Below, piece after piece: positions 27,197-38,664 of a stretch of DNA of 64,000 nt (its first letter is position 1; every line of letters begins with the position of its first letter). The DNA lies in assembly GCA_022826385.1 (NCBI GenBank), contig JAJDUZ010000040.1:1706-65705 (forward strand), given 5' to 3'. Below the pieces are notes generated by a model. The model searched no databases, was not told the origin of the DNA, and saw only the letters and a list, made by a program, of their open reading frames with translations. Made by a program: the position numbers and the translations under genes. The stretch is from Silicimonas sp. GTDB taxonomy: Bacteria > Pseudomonadota > Alphaproteobacteria > Rhodobacterales > Rhodobacteraceae.

Positions 27197-27937
27197 ATGG
27201 ACACGCGCAAGATCATTTCCGTGACCGGGTCGGATCGCGAGGATTTCCTGCAGAACCTTGTGACCAATGATGTTGGCCGCTTGGCCGATGGCTTGGTCTG
27301 GACGGCGCTTCTGACGCCGCAGGGCAAGTATCTGGCCGATTTCTTTCTGGTGCCGGCGGAGGACGCGATTCTGATCGATGTCTCGGACGGGCAGGCAGCG
27401 TCGCTGTTGCAGCGGTTGACGATGTACAAGCTGCGGGCAGACGTCACTCTGACACCTCTGGACCTTGAGGTGGCACATGGGGCCGGGCCGGTGCCGGACG
27501 GGGCCTTTGCCGACCCGCGTCATCCGGCCCTTGGCTGGCGGGCGTATGATGGTCGGGCCGATGACGGCGCGCCGTCCGAGGCCCTGAGGATCGAGCATCT
27601 TGTGCCGGAAAGCGGGATCGAGCTGGTGGCCAATGAAAGCTATCCGCTCGAGATGAATTTCGAGGCCCTGAACGGCGTGGATTTCCGGAAAGGCTGTTAT
27701 GTCGGGCAGGAAGTCACGGCGCGGATGAAGCACAAGACCGAATTGAAGAAGGGCTTGGCGCGGGTGCAGATCGAGGGTGCCGCCCCCGCAGGCACCGAAA
27801 TTGTCACCGAGGACGGAAAGCCTGCCGGGGTCCTCTATTCGCAAGCGGGGGGCAAGGCTCTGGCCTATCTGAGGTTTGATCGTGCGCGTGGGCCCATGCG
27901 GGCTGGCGACGCGGTAGTCACACAGGTCGAAACGTGA
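27197..27937 (+). CDS. ygfZ: Folate-binding YgfZ/CAF17-family protein
   Basis: GcvT-like fold with the diagnostic KGCYVGQE motif. Confidence 0.8.
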   Translation: MDTRKIISVTGSDREDFLQNLVTNDVGRLADGLVWTALLTPQGKYLADFFLVPAEDAILIDVSDGQAASLLQRLTMYKLRADVTLTPLDLEVAHGAGPVPDGAFADPRHPALGWRAYDGRADDGAPSEALRIEHLVPESGIELVANESYPLEMNFEALNGVDFRKGCYVGQEVTARMKHKTELKKGLARVQIEGAAPAGTEIVTEDGKPAGVLYSQAGGKALAYLRFDRARGPMRAGDAVVTQVET

Positions 27938-28065
27938 TGTTTCCGCGCGTTGGGGCGTCTGGCGCCTCGGCCTTCTAAACACCCAGAAATTGGTTCAGGC
28001 ACGCCACATTTCAGACACACCGATTCGATTTTAAAGGCTCATGGATCACGAGTTGGTCCATGACG

Positions 28066-28084
28066 CACACACACACACACACAC
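28066..28084. repeat. (CA)9 dinucleotide microsatellite
   Basis: CACACACACACACACACAC in the intergenic region upstream of the thiolase gene. Confidence 0.95.
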
Positions 28085-28088
28085 GCGT

Positions 28089-28128
28089 AATGGCGGTTCC
28101 CAGGGGTGGGAGCCGCCATTTGCGTTTT
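28089..28128 (+). terminator. Strong + strand intrinsic terminator with no gene end nearby
   Basis: AATGGCGGTTCCCA-GGGG-TGGGAGCCGCCATT gives a 14-bp stem. Its only non-Watson-Crick pair is G.U in the + transcript, but would be A.C in the - transcript. It is followed by TGCGTTTT. It lies 152 nt after the ygfZ stop. Confidence 0.6.
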
Positions 28129-28164
28129 GGCGATGCTCCGGGGTTTTCAGGGCCGGCAATCTAT

Positions 28165-28180
28165 GTGAACATACGTTCAC
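28165..28180. promoter_or_regulatory. Perfect palindrome GTGAAC-ATAC-GTTCAC upstream of the thiolase gene
   Basis: Ends 20 bp upstream of ATG 28201, overlapping the expected promoter/5'UTR. Confidence 0.4.
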
Positions 28181-28200
28181 CTAAGCTGGAGGTATCAGCC

Positions 28201-29421
28201 ATGAAAGACGTCACCGACCCGACTGATCCGATCGTGATCTGCAGCGCCGTCCGAACACCGCTTGGGGCCTTTCAGGGCGCTTTCTCGGGCGTGCCCGCCA
28301 CCGAGTTGGGCGCCACCGCTATTCGCGCGGCGGTCGAGCGGGCCGGGCTCGCGCCCGAGGATGTGGACGAGGTGCTGATGGGCAACGTCTTGCCCGCAGG
28401 TCTGGGGCAGGCGCCGGCCCGGCAGGCGGCGCTCGGGGCCGGGTTGCCGGTGGGCGTGCCGTGCACAACGGTGTCGAAAGTCTGCGGCTCGGGCATGAAA
28501 TCGGTGATGCAGGGGCATGACGCCATTCGGTGCGGATCGGCCTCGGTCGTGGTTGCGGGTGGCATGGAGAGCATGACCGGCGCGCCCTATCTGTTGCCGC
28601 AAGGCCGGGCCGGGGCGCGGATCGGGCACAGCCGGATGCTGGACCACATGATGCTGGACGGGTTGGAGGACGCCTATGAAGTGGCGCCTGATGGCACGCG
28701 GCGGTCGATGGGCACGTTCGGCGAGGATTGCGCCGAGAAATACCAGTTCACCCGCGAGGATCAGGACGCGTTCGCGATGGAAAGCGTCCGGCGTGCGCAA
28801 GTGGCGGCCGACGGGGCCTTTGCCGACGAGATCGCCCCGGTCACCGTGAAAAGCCGCAAGGGCGAGGTGGTGGTCTCGCGGGACGAGGGGCCGGACCGGA
28901 TCGATCCCGAGAAGATCCCCAGCCTGCGCCCGGCCTTCAAACGCGATGGCACGATCACGGCGGCGTCTTCCTCGTCGATCAATGATGGCGCTGCGACGCT
29001 GGTCTTGGCGCGCGAAAGCCGGGCCGAGGCTTTGGGCCTGACGGTGCTCGCGCGGATCGTGGGGCATGCGGCCTATGCCGGTGAGCCCGGCTGGTTCACG
29101 ACGGCGCCGGTCTATGCGAAAGAGCGGCTCTTTCAGGTGACGGGGTGGAGTGTCGAGGACGTGGACCTTTTCGAGATCAACGAGGCGTTTGCCTGTGTGC
29201 CGATGGCCTCGATGCGCGAGCTTGGCATCCAGCACGAGCGGTTGAACGTGCACGGGGGCGCGGTGGCGGTCGGTCATCCCATCGGCGCGTCTGGGGCGCG
29301 GATCCTTGTGACGCTGCTGGGGGCAATGCGCGCGCGGAACGCGCGGCGCGGCGTGGCGTCGATCTGTATCGGTGGCGGCGAGGCGACGGCGATCGCGGTT
29401 GAGCGGGTGGCGGAAATTTAG
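28201..29421 (+). CDS. Acetyl-CoA C-acetyltransferase (thiolase II)
   Basis: Active-site blocks VSKVCGSGMKS, …NEAFA… and NVHGGAVAVGHPIGASGARIL. RBS CTGGAGG precedes ATG 28201. Confidence 0.9.
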   Translation: MKDVTDPTDPIVICSAVRTPLGAFQGAFSGVPATELGATAIRAAVERAGLAPEDVDEVLMGNVLPAGLGQAPARQAALGAGLPVGVPCTTVSKVCGSGMKSVMQGHDAIRCGSASVVVAGGMESMTGAPYLLPQGRAGARIGHSRMLDHMMLDGLEDAYEVAPDGTRRSMGTFGEDCAEKYQFTREDQDAFAMESVRRAQVAADGAFADEIAPVTVKSRKGEVVVSRDEGPDRIDPEKIPSLRPAFKRDGTITAASSSSINDGAATLVLARESRAEALGLTVLARIVGHAAYAGEPGWFTTAPVYAKERLFQVTGWSVEDVDLFEINEAFACVPMASMRELGIQHERLNVHGGAVAVGHPIGASGARILVTLLGAMRARNARRGVASICIGGGEATAIAVERVAEI

Positions 29422-29433
29422 GAAATTTCCGGT

Positions 29434-29473
29434 CCGATGTCTTTTCGAAGACATCGGAAGGGGCGTTGCCCCT
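29434..29473. terminator. Two hairpins between the convergent thiolase and oxyR genes
   Basis: CCGATGTCTT-TTCG-AAGACATCGG (29434..29457) and AGGGGC-GTT-GCCCCT (29459..29473). Confidence 0.6.
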
Positions 29474-29483
29474 CGGCCTGCGC

Positions 29484-30371
29484 CTAAGTGCCCGCCCGAC
29501 GCACGGCGTCGGCAATCTGGTTGAGTTGCGCGTCAAGCGGTGTCGATTTGCGCCAGACCATGCCAATGGTGCGGCGTGGGCGCGGCGCGGGGAAGCGGTG
29601 GACCGAGACATCGGCGGACCGGGTTTCGACGCCAAGCGCCATGTCTGGCAAGAGCGTGACACCGATCCCAGCGTTGACCATTTGCACCAAGGTTGAAAGC
29701 GACGAACCGTCCAGCATCTCGCGCGGTCGGGTCGACGGCATGTCGCAGAATGAAAGCGCCTGATCGCGGAAGCAGTGCCCTTCTTCCAGAAGGAGGAGCC
29801 GCATTTCGCGAAGGCCTTCCTTGCTGGGCAGCGGCGCATCCTTGTCGGCGGCCGGGCGGACCAGCACGAAATCTTCGTCGAAGAGGGCAATCTCGGTCAG
29901 GGTCGGTTCCGAAACCGGCAAGGCGACGATGGCCGCGTCGAGCCGTCCTTCGGCAAGTTCCTGCAAGAGCTTCGGGGTCACGGTTTCACGGATATAGAGG
30001 TCAAGCTCGGGATGGTCGCGGGCGACGCCCTGCATCACCCGCGGCAGCAGGTAGGGCGCGATCGTGGGAATCACGCCAAGCCGCAGACGCCCGACCAACC
30101 GGTCGCTGTTGGCACGGGCCAGGTCTCCGATCTCGTCGACGGCGCGCAGGATCTCGCGGACCCGTGCGCCCAGTTCCTCGCCGAGCGGCGTCAGCCGCAC
30201 CTCGCGTGCGCCCCGTTCGAAGAGCCGGGCGCCAAGTGTGTCTTCCAGTTCCTTGATCTGCATGGACAAAGCCGGTTGCGAGATGGCGCAGCTTTCCGCG
30301 GCCCGGCCGAAATGGCCTTCGCGGGCCAGCGCGTCGAAATAGCGGAACTGTTTGAGCGAGACGTTTATCAT
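29484..30371 (-). CDS. oxyR: LysR-family peroxide sensor OxyR
   Basis: HTH region …AISQPALSMQIKELE…. Redox cysteines lie in EEGHCFRDQALSFC. Divergent from katG. Confidence 0.88.
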   Translation of the reverse strand: MINVSLKQFRYFDALAREGHFGRAAESCAISQPALSMQIKELEDTLGARLFERGAREVRLTPLGEELGARVREILRAVDEIGDLARANSDRLVGRLRLGVIPTIAPYLLPRVMQGVARDHPELDLYIRETVTPKLLQELAEGRLDAAIVALPVSEPTLTEIALFDEDFVLVRPAADKDAPLPSKEGLREMRLLLLEEGHCFRDQALSFCDMPSTRPREMLDGSSLSTLVQMVNAGIGVTLLPDMALGVETRSADVSVHRFPAPRPRRTIGMVWRKSTPLDAQLNQIADAVRRAGT

Positions 30372-30373
30372 CA

Positions 30374-30394
30374 GATTATCTTATGGGGATAATC
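30374..30394. promoter_or_regulatory. LysR/OxyR-type dyad in the oxyR-katG intergenic region
   Basis: GATTATC-TTATGGG-GATAATC (7-7-7 inverted repeat) immediately upstream of the oxyR start. Confidence 0.5.
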
Positions 30395-30422
30395 AGATAA
30401 ATCAACTTCAACTGATGAATGA

Positions 30423-32651
<2,229 letters not shown>

Positions 32652-32723
32652 CAGCATCGCCCGGGCCGTCGCGTGCGGCCCGGGCGACACCACTGCAAAA
32701 TTGAGCGCGCCATGCGCGCGCAA

Positions 32724-33911
32724 TCAGGTCACGGCTTTACGGGTCAGGTATTCGGGCCGGTCCCAGAGCCGGTTGACCAGCACGTCTTCCAGAACATCCA
32801 CGGCGGCCACGATGTCATCCGCATCGAGGTAGAGCGGCGTAATGCCGAACCGCATGATATCCGGCGCCCGGAAATCACCGATGACGCGACGGTCTATCAG
32901 CGCCTGCATCGCGGCATAGCCTTCAGCAAAACGGAACGCGACCTGGCTGCCTCGAGCGGCAGGGTCGCGCGGACTGGCAAGCGTCAGGTCCGGGCAGCGG
33001 GCTTCGACCTCGGCAATGAACTGTTCGGACAAGGCCACGCGGGCGGCATCGAGCTCGGCCATGTCGACCCGGTCCCAGATATCAAGCGCGGCCTCCAGCG
33101 CTGCAATTTGCAGGATGGGGGGCGTGCCGACCCGCATCCGTTCGATGCCGAAGCCGGGGCGATAGTCCGGGTCGAAGGCAAACGGGGCTTCGTGGCCCAG
33201 CCAGCCTGACAGCGCGGGGTCAATCCGGCCGACGACATCCGGGCGCACGCTGATGAATGCCGGCGCACCGGGGCCGGCGTTCAGGTACTTATAGGTGCAT
33301 CCCACCGCGAATTCCGCGTGGCTCGCCGCGAAATCGACCGGGATGGCACCGGCACTGTGGGCCAGATCCCAGATCATGACCGCGCCGGCGGCATGGGCCG
33401 CTTGTGTCAGGCGTGCTATGTCGTGGCGTCGGCCGGTACGATAGTCGACATGGGTCAGCAGAACGGCGGCCACTTCGGGGGTGATGGCGTCTTCGACGCG
33501 CTCCGGCGCAACCGTCCGCAAGTCGTGGCCCCGGTTCAGGGTTTGGATCAGACCTTGCGCCATATAGAGGTCGGACGGAAAGTTGCCGGTATCCGACAGG
33601 ATCACCCGCCGATCCGGGCGAAGCGTCAGCGCTGCCGACAAGGCTTGGTGCACCTTGATCGAGAGCGTGTCCCCAAGCACGGTTGTGCCCGGCTCGGCGC
33701 CAATAAGGCGACCGACGCGGTCTCCGACTTTCGTCGGTGCCGCCATCCAGCCATCCACGTTCCAGCCGGTGATCAGATGCGCGCCCCATTCGCTCCGCAG
33801 CGTTTTCTCGATGCGGGTAGGCGTCGCGCTGGGCAGCGGCCCCAGCGAGTTGCCGTCGAGATAGATCATCCCATCGGGCAGATCGAAGAGGTGTTTCAAT
33901 GGCAATCCCAT
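32724..33911 (-). CDS. kynU: Kynureninase
   Basis: …IYLDGNSLGPLP…, …VGCTYKYLNAGPGAPAF… (PLP lysine region). ATG 33911 is chosen inside the track ORF. Confidence 0.85.
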   Translation of the reverse strand: MGLPLKHLFDLPDGMIYLDGNSLGPLPSATPTRIEKTLRSEWGAHLITGWNVDGWMAAPTKVGDRVGRLIGAEPGTTVLGDTLSIKVHQALSAALTLRPDRRVILSDTGNFPSDLYMAQGLIQTLNRGHDLRTVAPERVEDAITPEVAAVLLTHVDYRTGRRHDIARLTQAAHAAGAVMIWDLAHSAGAIPVDFAASHAEFAVGCTYKYLNAGPGAPAFISVRPDVVGRIDPALSGWLGHEAPFAFDPDYRPGFGIERMRVGTPPILQIAALEAALDIWDRVDMAELDAARVALSEQFIAEVEARCPDLTLASPRDPAARGSQVAFRFAEGYAAMQALIDRRVIGDFRAPDIMRFGITPLYLDADDIVAAVDVLEDVLVNRLWDRPEYLTRKAVT

Positions 33912-34048
33912 GTGGCGGGCATACTGGACATTTCCAAAGGCGAAAAGGTGTGGCGTTCCTTCGGGTGGCGTCTTCTGGACAAATTGTATCCGCTTGGATA
34001 CAAAGCGGCATGGGCTTGGTTCCTTATCCCTGAGAGCCCCGGTCATTC

Positions 34049-34702
34049 ATGGAACATGGACATCTGATGGAGCGGCAATCCAGCGGGACGACGGCGTATG
34101 ATGCGGTTCTCGAGGCGATCCGGCGGGGCGATTACACGCCCGGTGCGCGCCTCCGCGAGGAGGAGGTTGGCGCCCGGCTGAGCCTGTCGCGCACGCCGGT
34201 GCGCGAAGCGTTTCGCCGGCTGGAAGCTGAGGGCATTGTCGAGCATCGCCCCCGCGCCGGGGCGGTCGTGCGGCAATTGTCGCAGACGGAAGTCGTCGAG
34301 CTCTACGAAATGCGGGTCGTGTTGGAACGAACGGCGGCCGAAATGGCGGCAAAGCACGGCACCGAAGCCGAGTTCGATACGCTTGCCGAACTCAACCGAC
34401 AGATCGCCGGGGAACGAGACAGCCCGTCGCGCGCCGCAGCGATCAACCAGGCGTTTCATCGCGGTCTGTACCTTGCCAGTCGCAATCGGTTCCTGCTGGA
34501 TGCCGCCCGCGGGCTGAACAATGCGCTTTTGCTTCTGGGGCCGACAACGTTTACCGACAGCGCCCGGATCGATGTTGTCGTCCGCCAGCACGCCGCGATC
34601 ATCGAGGCGCTGGACGCGGGCGACGCCGAAGCGGCGGGGGCGGCGGCGGAAGCCCATTTGCAGACCTCGCTGCGTCACCGGTTGCAGGTGCTCTCGGAAT
34701 GA
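34049..34702 (+). CDS. GntR-family (FCD-type) transcriptional regulator
   Basis: …LSLSRTPVREAFRRLEAEGIVEHRPRAGAVV… followed by a helical FCD domain. Divergent from kynU. Confidence 0.85.
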   Translation: MEHGHLMERQSSGTTAYDAVLEAIRRGDYTPGARLREEEVGARLSLSRTPVREAFRRLEAEGIVEHRPRAGAVVRQLSQTEVVELYEMRVVLERTAAEMAAKHGTEAEFDTLAELNRQIAGERDSPSRAAAINQAFHRGLYLASRNRFLLDAARGLNNALLLLGPTTFTDSARIDVVVRQHAAIIEALDAGDAEAAGAAAEAHLQTSLRHRLQVLSE

Positions 34703-35715
34703 AGATCGTCTTCGCTTTTCTGACAGCCGGTCTCGGTGTTGCGGTGTTCCATGGGTTGAACTTGCCGCTGCCGTGGCTTTTGGGGCCGATTTTTGCGTGC
34801 CTGTTCGCGGCTTTGCTGGGGATGCCGATGTCGGGGTTCAAGCCGTTGAACGATGCGATGCGGACGGTGTTGGGGGTCGCGGTTGGCGCGACGCTGACGC
34901 CTGCTGTCATCGCGACCTTTCCGGGCATGTGGCCGACGCTTTTACTGGTGCCCGTCATGGTTCTTGCGATCGGGGTTGCGGGGGTGCCGTATTTTCGGCG
35001 GGTCTGGGGGTATGATTTTCCGACGGCATACTACTCCACGATGCCCGGCGGCTTGCAGGACATGCTGGTCTTCGGTGAGGAAGCTGGCGGGAAAGTGCGT
35101 ACGTTGTCGTTGATCCATGCCACGCGGGTCATGGTGATCGTGGTCGCGCTGCCGTTCATTCTGAAGGGGATCTGGGAGGCCGATCTCTCCAACCCGCCAG
35201 GTGTGCCTTTGACGACGGTGCCTTGGCGCGAATTGGCTCTGATGGTTCTTTGTGCCGCGCTGGGGTGGTGGGGCGCGAAACGACTGGGGATGTTCGGGGC
35301 GTCGATCCTCGGCCCGCTGATCGTGGCGGGTGCGGCGGCCATGGCCGGCCTTCTCGAGAACCGCCCCCCGGCAGAAGCGATCTGGGCGGCACAGTTTTTC
35401 ATCGGCATGGCGATCGGGTCGAAATACGCGGGCATCACGCTGGCCGAGGTCCGGCGAGACGTGGTTGCGGCGCTGGGGTTCTGCCTGATCCTTATCCTGC
35501 TGACGGTTCTCTTTGTCGAGGCGATCTATGCTCTGGAACTGGCGCCGGGGCAGGAGGCTTTGCTTGCCTTTGCGCCGGGTGGGCAGGCTGAGTTAACGGT
35601 GTTGGCGCTGATCGTCGGGGCGGATGTTGCCTTTGTCGTTGCACACCATGTCTTGCGCATCTTCGTCGTGATTCTTGGTGCGCCAATTGCGGCGCGGCTG
35701 TTCGACCGCGGCTAG
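34699..35715 (+). CDS. AbrB-family (AmoA-like duplication) membrane protein
   Basis: Ten or more TM helices. N-terminus LNLPLPWLLGPIF is typical of the family. ATGA overlap with the GntR gene. Confidence 0.65.
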   Translation: MKIVFAFLTAGLGVAVFHGLNLPLPWLLGPIFACLFAALLGMPMSGFKPLNDAMRTVLGVAVGATLTPAVIATFPGMWPTLLLVPVMVLAIGVAGVPYFRRVWGYDFPTAYYSTMPGGLQDMLVFGEEAGGKVRTLSLIHATRVMVIVVALPFILKGIWEADLSNPPGVPLTTVPWRELALMVLCAALGWWGAKRLGMFGASILGPLIVAGAAAMAGLLENRPPAEAIWAAQFFIGMAIGSKYAGITLAEVRRDVVAALGFCLILILLTVLFVEAIYALELAPGQEALLAFAPGGQAELTVLALIVGADVAFVVAHHVLRIFVVILGAPIAARLFDRG

Positions 35716-35740
35716 CAGCTTTACGACGGAATCGCGGGCC

Positions 35741-38590
35741 TTAGCTGGCCTCTTGCCACGTCCCGTCCATTTCCGATGTGGAAAGTCCTGAAGCGGGTTC
35801 GGTCAGGAAACGCGAAGTCGTGGTCGACAGGAGGTCCGCCTGACTTTGCAGATTCTGGCTCGTCGCCGTGCTTTCTTCGACCATCGCGGTGTTATGTTGC
35901 GTTGCCCGGTCGAGTTCCGCGATGGCTTCGTTGATTTCGCTGAGACCCGTCGACTGTTCGTTGGCCGAGTTTGCGATGGCGCTGACATGGGTGGCAATGT
36001 CTGACACTGAAGCGACGATCTCGTTCAAGGCGGTGCCGGCCTGATTGACCAGCGTGGCCCCGCGCTGGACCTGCTCGCCAGAGGAGGTGATGAGTTCGTT
36101 GATTTCGCGCGCGGCGTCCGACGAACGCTGGGCAAGTCCGCGGACCTCCGAGGCGACGACTGCGAAACCACGCCCGGCATCCCCGGCGCGCGCGGCCTCT
36201 ACCCCGGCATTAAGGGCCAGCAGGTTCGTTTGGAAGGCGATATCGTCAATGACGCTGATGATGTTCGAGATCGCCTTCGAGGAGTTCTCAATCTCGGCCA
36301 TGGCGTCGACCGCATCACGCACGACAGAGCCACTGTTTTCGGCGTTCTTGCGGGCTTCTTCGACAACATTTGACGCCTGCGATGCCCCGTCCGAAGCCGA
36401 TTTGACCGAGACGGTCAGTTGGTTCAGAGCGGCCGAGGTTTCTTCAAGTGTCGCGGCTTGCCGCTCGGTCCGTTTGGAGAGGTCGTCGCTGGCCGAGCGG
36501 ACTTCGGCGGAATGTTCCTGGATCGACGCGGTGGCGTCCAGAACATCTGCCAATGCGTTGCGCAGACTGGAGACGGCGTCGTTGTAGTTGGAGCGCAGTT
36601 GTTCGTAATCCTCGGCGAATTCGAAATCGATCGTGGCGGTCAGGTCCCCATCCGACAAGCGCAGCAGACTGGTTTCGAAGGCGGAAACGACGCTTGTTTG
36701 TGCTTCTGACATCTTCTGTTGCCGTTCTTCGGCGGCCAACTTCGCACGCCGCTCGTCCGTGACGTCCGTGCCCAGTAGCAGGAATCCCGTTGTCTCACCC
36801 TTGTGGTTCGGGATCGGGCCAAGTGATCCGTCGATGATGACGTCCCGCTCCGTTCCGCGGAGGTGGAAACGGGCAAATGTGCTGTTGCCGTTCTCGACAT
36901 CCTGCCAGAAGTCAGAGCCGGATGTGTCCCCGGTTTCAAGCGACAGGCATGCTTTCATGTCCATGCCCTGCAGGTCCTCGGGCGCCGCGCCAAGCATTTC
37001 GGCAAATGTTGCATTCGCGTTCTGAAGGCTGCCGTCGATCGCGATTTCGACCCTTCCCTGACCACTGTCGATCGCCTCCATCAGAACCTGATTGTGCATC
37101 TGGTCAGTCTGATCCTTCCAGTCGACGACATACCCGATTTTTTCGCCCTCGTGGTCGTGGATGGCGTCCACCAGCAGGCCGATATAGGCATTGCCAACGG
37201 ACAGCTTGGTCTTGATGGGAAGGTTCTTCGGGTCGCTCAAGCGCGCGCGCGCTTTTTCGGGGATGGCGTGGAAATTGTCCATGTTTTTGCCCATGAGGGC
37301 ATCGGGATCGAAATCGGGAATGCTGGCCCGGAAGTCGTCGGCGCGGGTTCGGGCCATGCGGACGAAGGCCGAGTTCATCATGCGAATGTTGAAGTCCAGA
37401 TCCGTCATGATCAGTGGCGCGCCCGCCACCTCGAAGGCCGCGCTTTTATAGGCGATCTCAAGTTGCGCATTTTCGGCGTTCTTGAGCTGTGACCGCATTT
37501 TGTCCAAGGACCGAGAGAGATCGCCAATCTCGGACTTTTCAGCGAGATGACTGATCTTGGTGTCGAAATCCTTGGTCGCAATTTGCGCCATCGACGCCGA
37601 CAGCCCGTCGATCCTGCGACCGAAACGTTGGGTTAAGACCAGCCCACCCAGCATCGAGGCGAGAAGCGCAAAGACGGCCAATCCGGCATAGACCCAGACG
37701 TCGCGCGAGGCCGCGACGGTGAGGTTGTGGGCCTCGCGTTTCACAGCTTCGCCAAACCGCAACTCGACCTGGCGCAGGTATTCGACCCATGCGGTCGAGG
37801 TCTGGAACCATTCGGGCGCAGTGATGCCCTTCAAGTCCTGTCCTTCCGACGCAAAGACAACGCCACGCAGCCTTTGAATGGCATCGTATTCAGGTCCGGC
37901 TTCGAACTGCTGAGCGCTTTCCAGAAGTTCGGAATATAGTTGCGCCTGTTTCAACTCGGAGCTTTGCAGCCGCCCGAACTCGCCAAAGCGGCGCAGGATG
38001 ATCGGCGAAAAGGCCCCGGCGCCAAACCCGGTGGCCCCCATCGCACGCTCAAGCCCCGCCGCTTCCTTGGCTTCCGAGACCTGAACCATGCCGGCGCCGG
38101 CGCGCAAAAGCTCGACCTTCGAAAAATTCGCATAGATCTGCGCGTTCAGTTCGATCGCCGTTCTGACGGATGCCGTGAAGAAGCGCGCCATTTCGGGGAC
38201 GGTCAGGGTCAACCCCGAGACCCCTTGCCGGTTGCGGTCAAGCTGGCCCAGAAGATCGTCCAGTTCCGAAACGGCAGACGGGTTGCTGGTGGCGATTTCG
38301 CTTTCTGTCTGCCGATAGACGGCAATCGCGGCATCCACCACTTTTCGTTGGGTCGGCAGTTCAAGCTGGAAGTTCTGGCCGCCAGACGCGATGTGACCGG
38401 CGGACAGCCCGCGTTCGACCTGCAACTGGTGGATCAGGTCCGTCAGTGGCAGGGCCAGATCGACAGAACGTTCTGCCTTTTCGGTCTGTTCCAGCGTCTC
38501 AAGGGATGTCTGGACGCCAAGTGCCGATACGATGCCAAGTCCGATGATGGGGACCAGGACGACCGAAATGATTTGTGCGCGCAGTTTCAT
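35741..38590 (-). CDS. Methyl-accepting chemotaxis protein with NIT, HAMP and PAS domains
   Basis: N-terminal TM. NIT-like [21 protein letters not shown] second TM plus HAMP, two PAS-like segments, and a C-terminal MA domain (…[20 protein letters not shown]…). Confidence 0.9.
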   Translation of the reverse strand: MKLRAQIISVVLVPIIGLGIVSALGVQTSLETLEQTEKAERSVDLALPLTDLIHQLQVERGLSAGHIASGGQNFQLELPTQRKVVDAAIAVYRQTESEIATSNPSAVSELDDLLGQLDRNRQGVSGLTLTVPEMARFFTASVRTAIELNAQIYANFSKVELLRAGAGMVQVSEAKEAAGLERAMGATGFGAGAFSPIILRRFGEFGRLQSSELKQAQLYSELLESAQQFEAGPEYDAIQRLRGVVFASEGQDLKGITAPEWFQTSTAWVEYLRQVELRFGEAVKREAHNLTVAASRDVWVYAGLAVFALLASMLGGLVLTQRFGRRIDGLSASMAQIATKDFDTKISHLAEKSEIGDLSRSLDKMRSQLKNAENAQLEIAYKSAAFEVAGAPLIMTDLDFNIRMMNSAFVRMARTRADDFRASIPDFDPDALMGKNMDNFHAIPEKARARLSDPKNLPIKTKLSVGNAYIGLLVDAIHDHEGEKIGYVVDWKDQTDQMHNQVLMEAIDSGQGRVEIAIDGSLQNANATFAEMLGAAPEDLQGMDMKACLSLETGDTSGSDFWQDVENGNSTFARFHLRGTERDVIIDGSLGPIPNHKGETTGFLLLGTDVTDERRAKLAAEERQQKMSEAQTSVVSAFETSLLRLSDGDLTATIDFEFAEDYEQLRSNYNDAVSSLRNALADVLDATASIQEHSAEVRSASDDLSKRTERQAATLEETSAALNQLTVSVKSASDGASQASNVVEEARKNAENSGSVVRDAVDAMAEIENSSKAISNIISVIDDIAFQTNLLALNAGVEAARAGDAGRGFAVVASEVRGLAQRSSDAAREINELITSSGEQVQRGATLVNQAGTALNEIVASVSDIATHVSAIANSANEQSTGLSEINEAIAELDRATQHNTAMVEESTATSQNLQSQADLLSTTTSRFLTEPASGLSTSEMDGTWQEAS

Positions 38591-38664
38591 GCAGACCTCG
38601 CATAGGGTTTCGTCGACCCCTAGCGGCGAGAGTTTTAGAACGCGTTAATTGCCACCGGGCGCAG

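Noticed and set aside
26438-27982. 514-aa ORF covering the glycosyltransferase and running antisense through ygfZ; similar long 5' extensions occur at 50041..51630 (paaK), 51081..52247 (TetR), 38665..40020 (paaE), 32724..34046 (kynU), 22675..23988, 18017..19093 and 21800..22486
   Set aside because: The upstream portions overlap neighbouring genes and lack family similarity. Internal ATG/GTG starts coincide with conserved N-termini and RBS-like sequences.
28060-28200. N-terminal extension of the thiolase ORF (MTHTHTHTRVMAV…)
   Set aside because: The extension is produced by translating the (CA)9 tract and the terminator hairpin. A good RBS (CTGGAGG) and the conserved thiolase N-terminus begin at ATG 28201.
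38634-38652. CtrA-like sequence upstream of the chemoreceptor gene (TTAACGCGTTCTAAAA on the minus strand)
   Set aside because: There are two mismatches in the second half-site. This is too weak to call without a genome-wide model.
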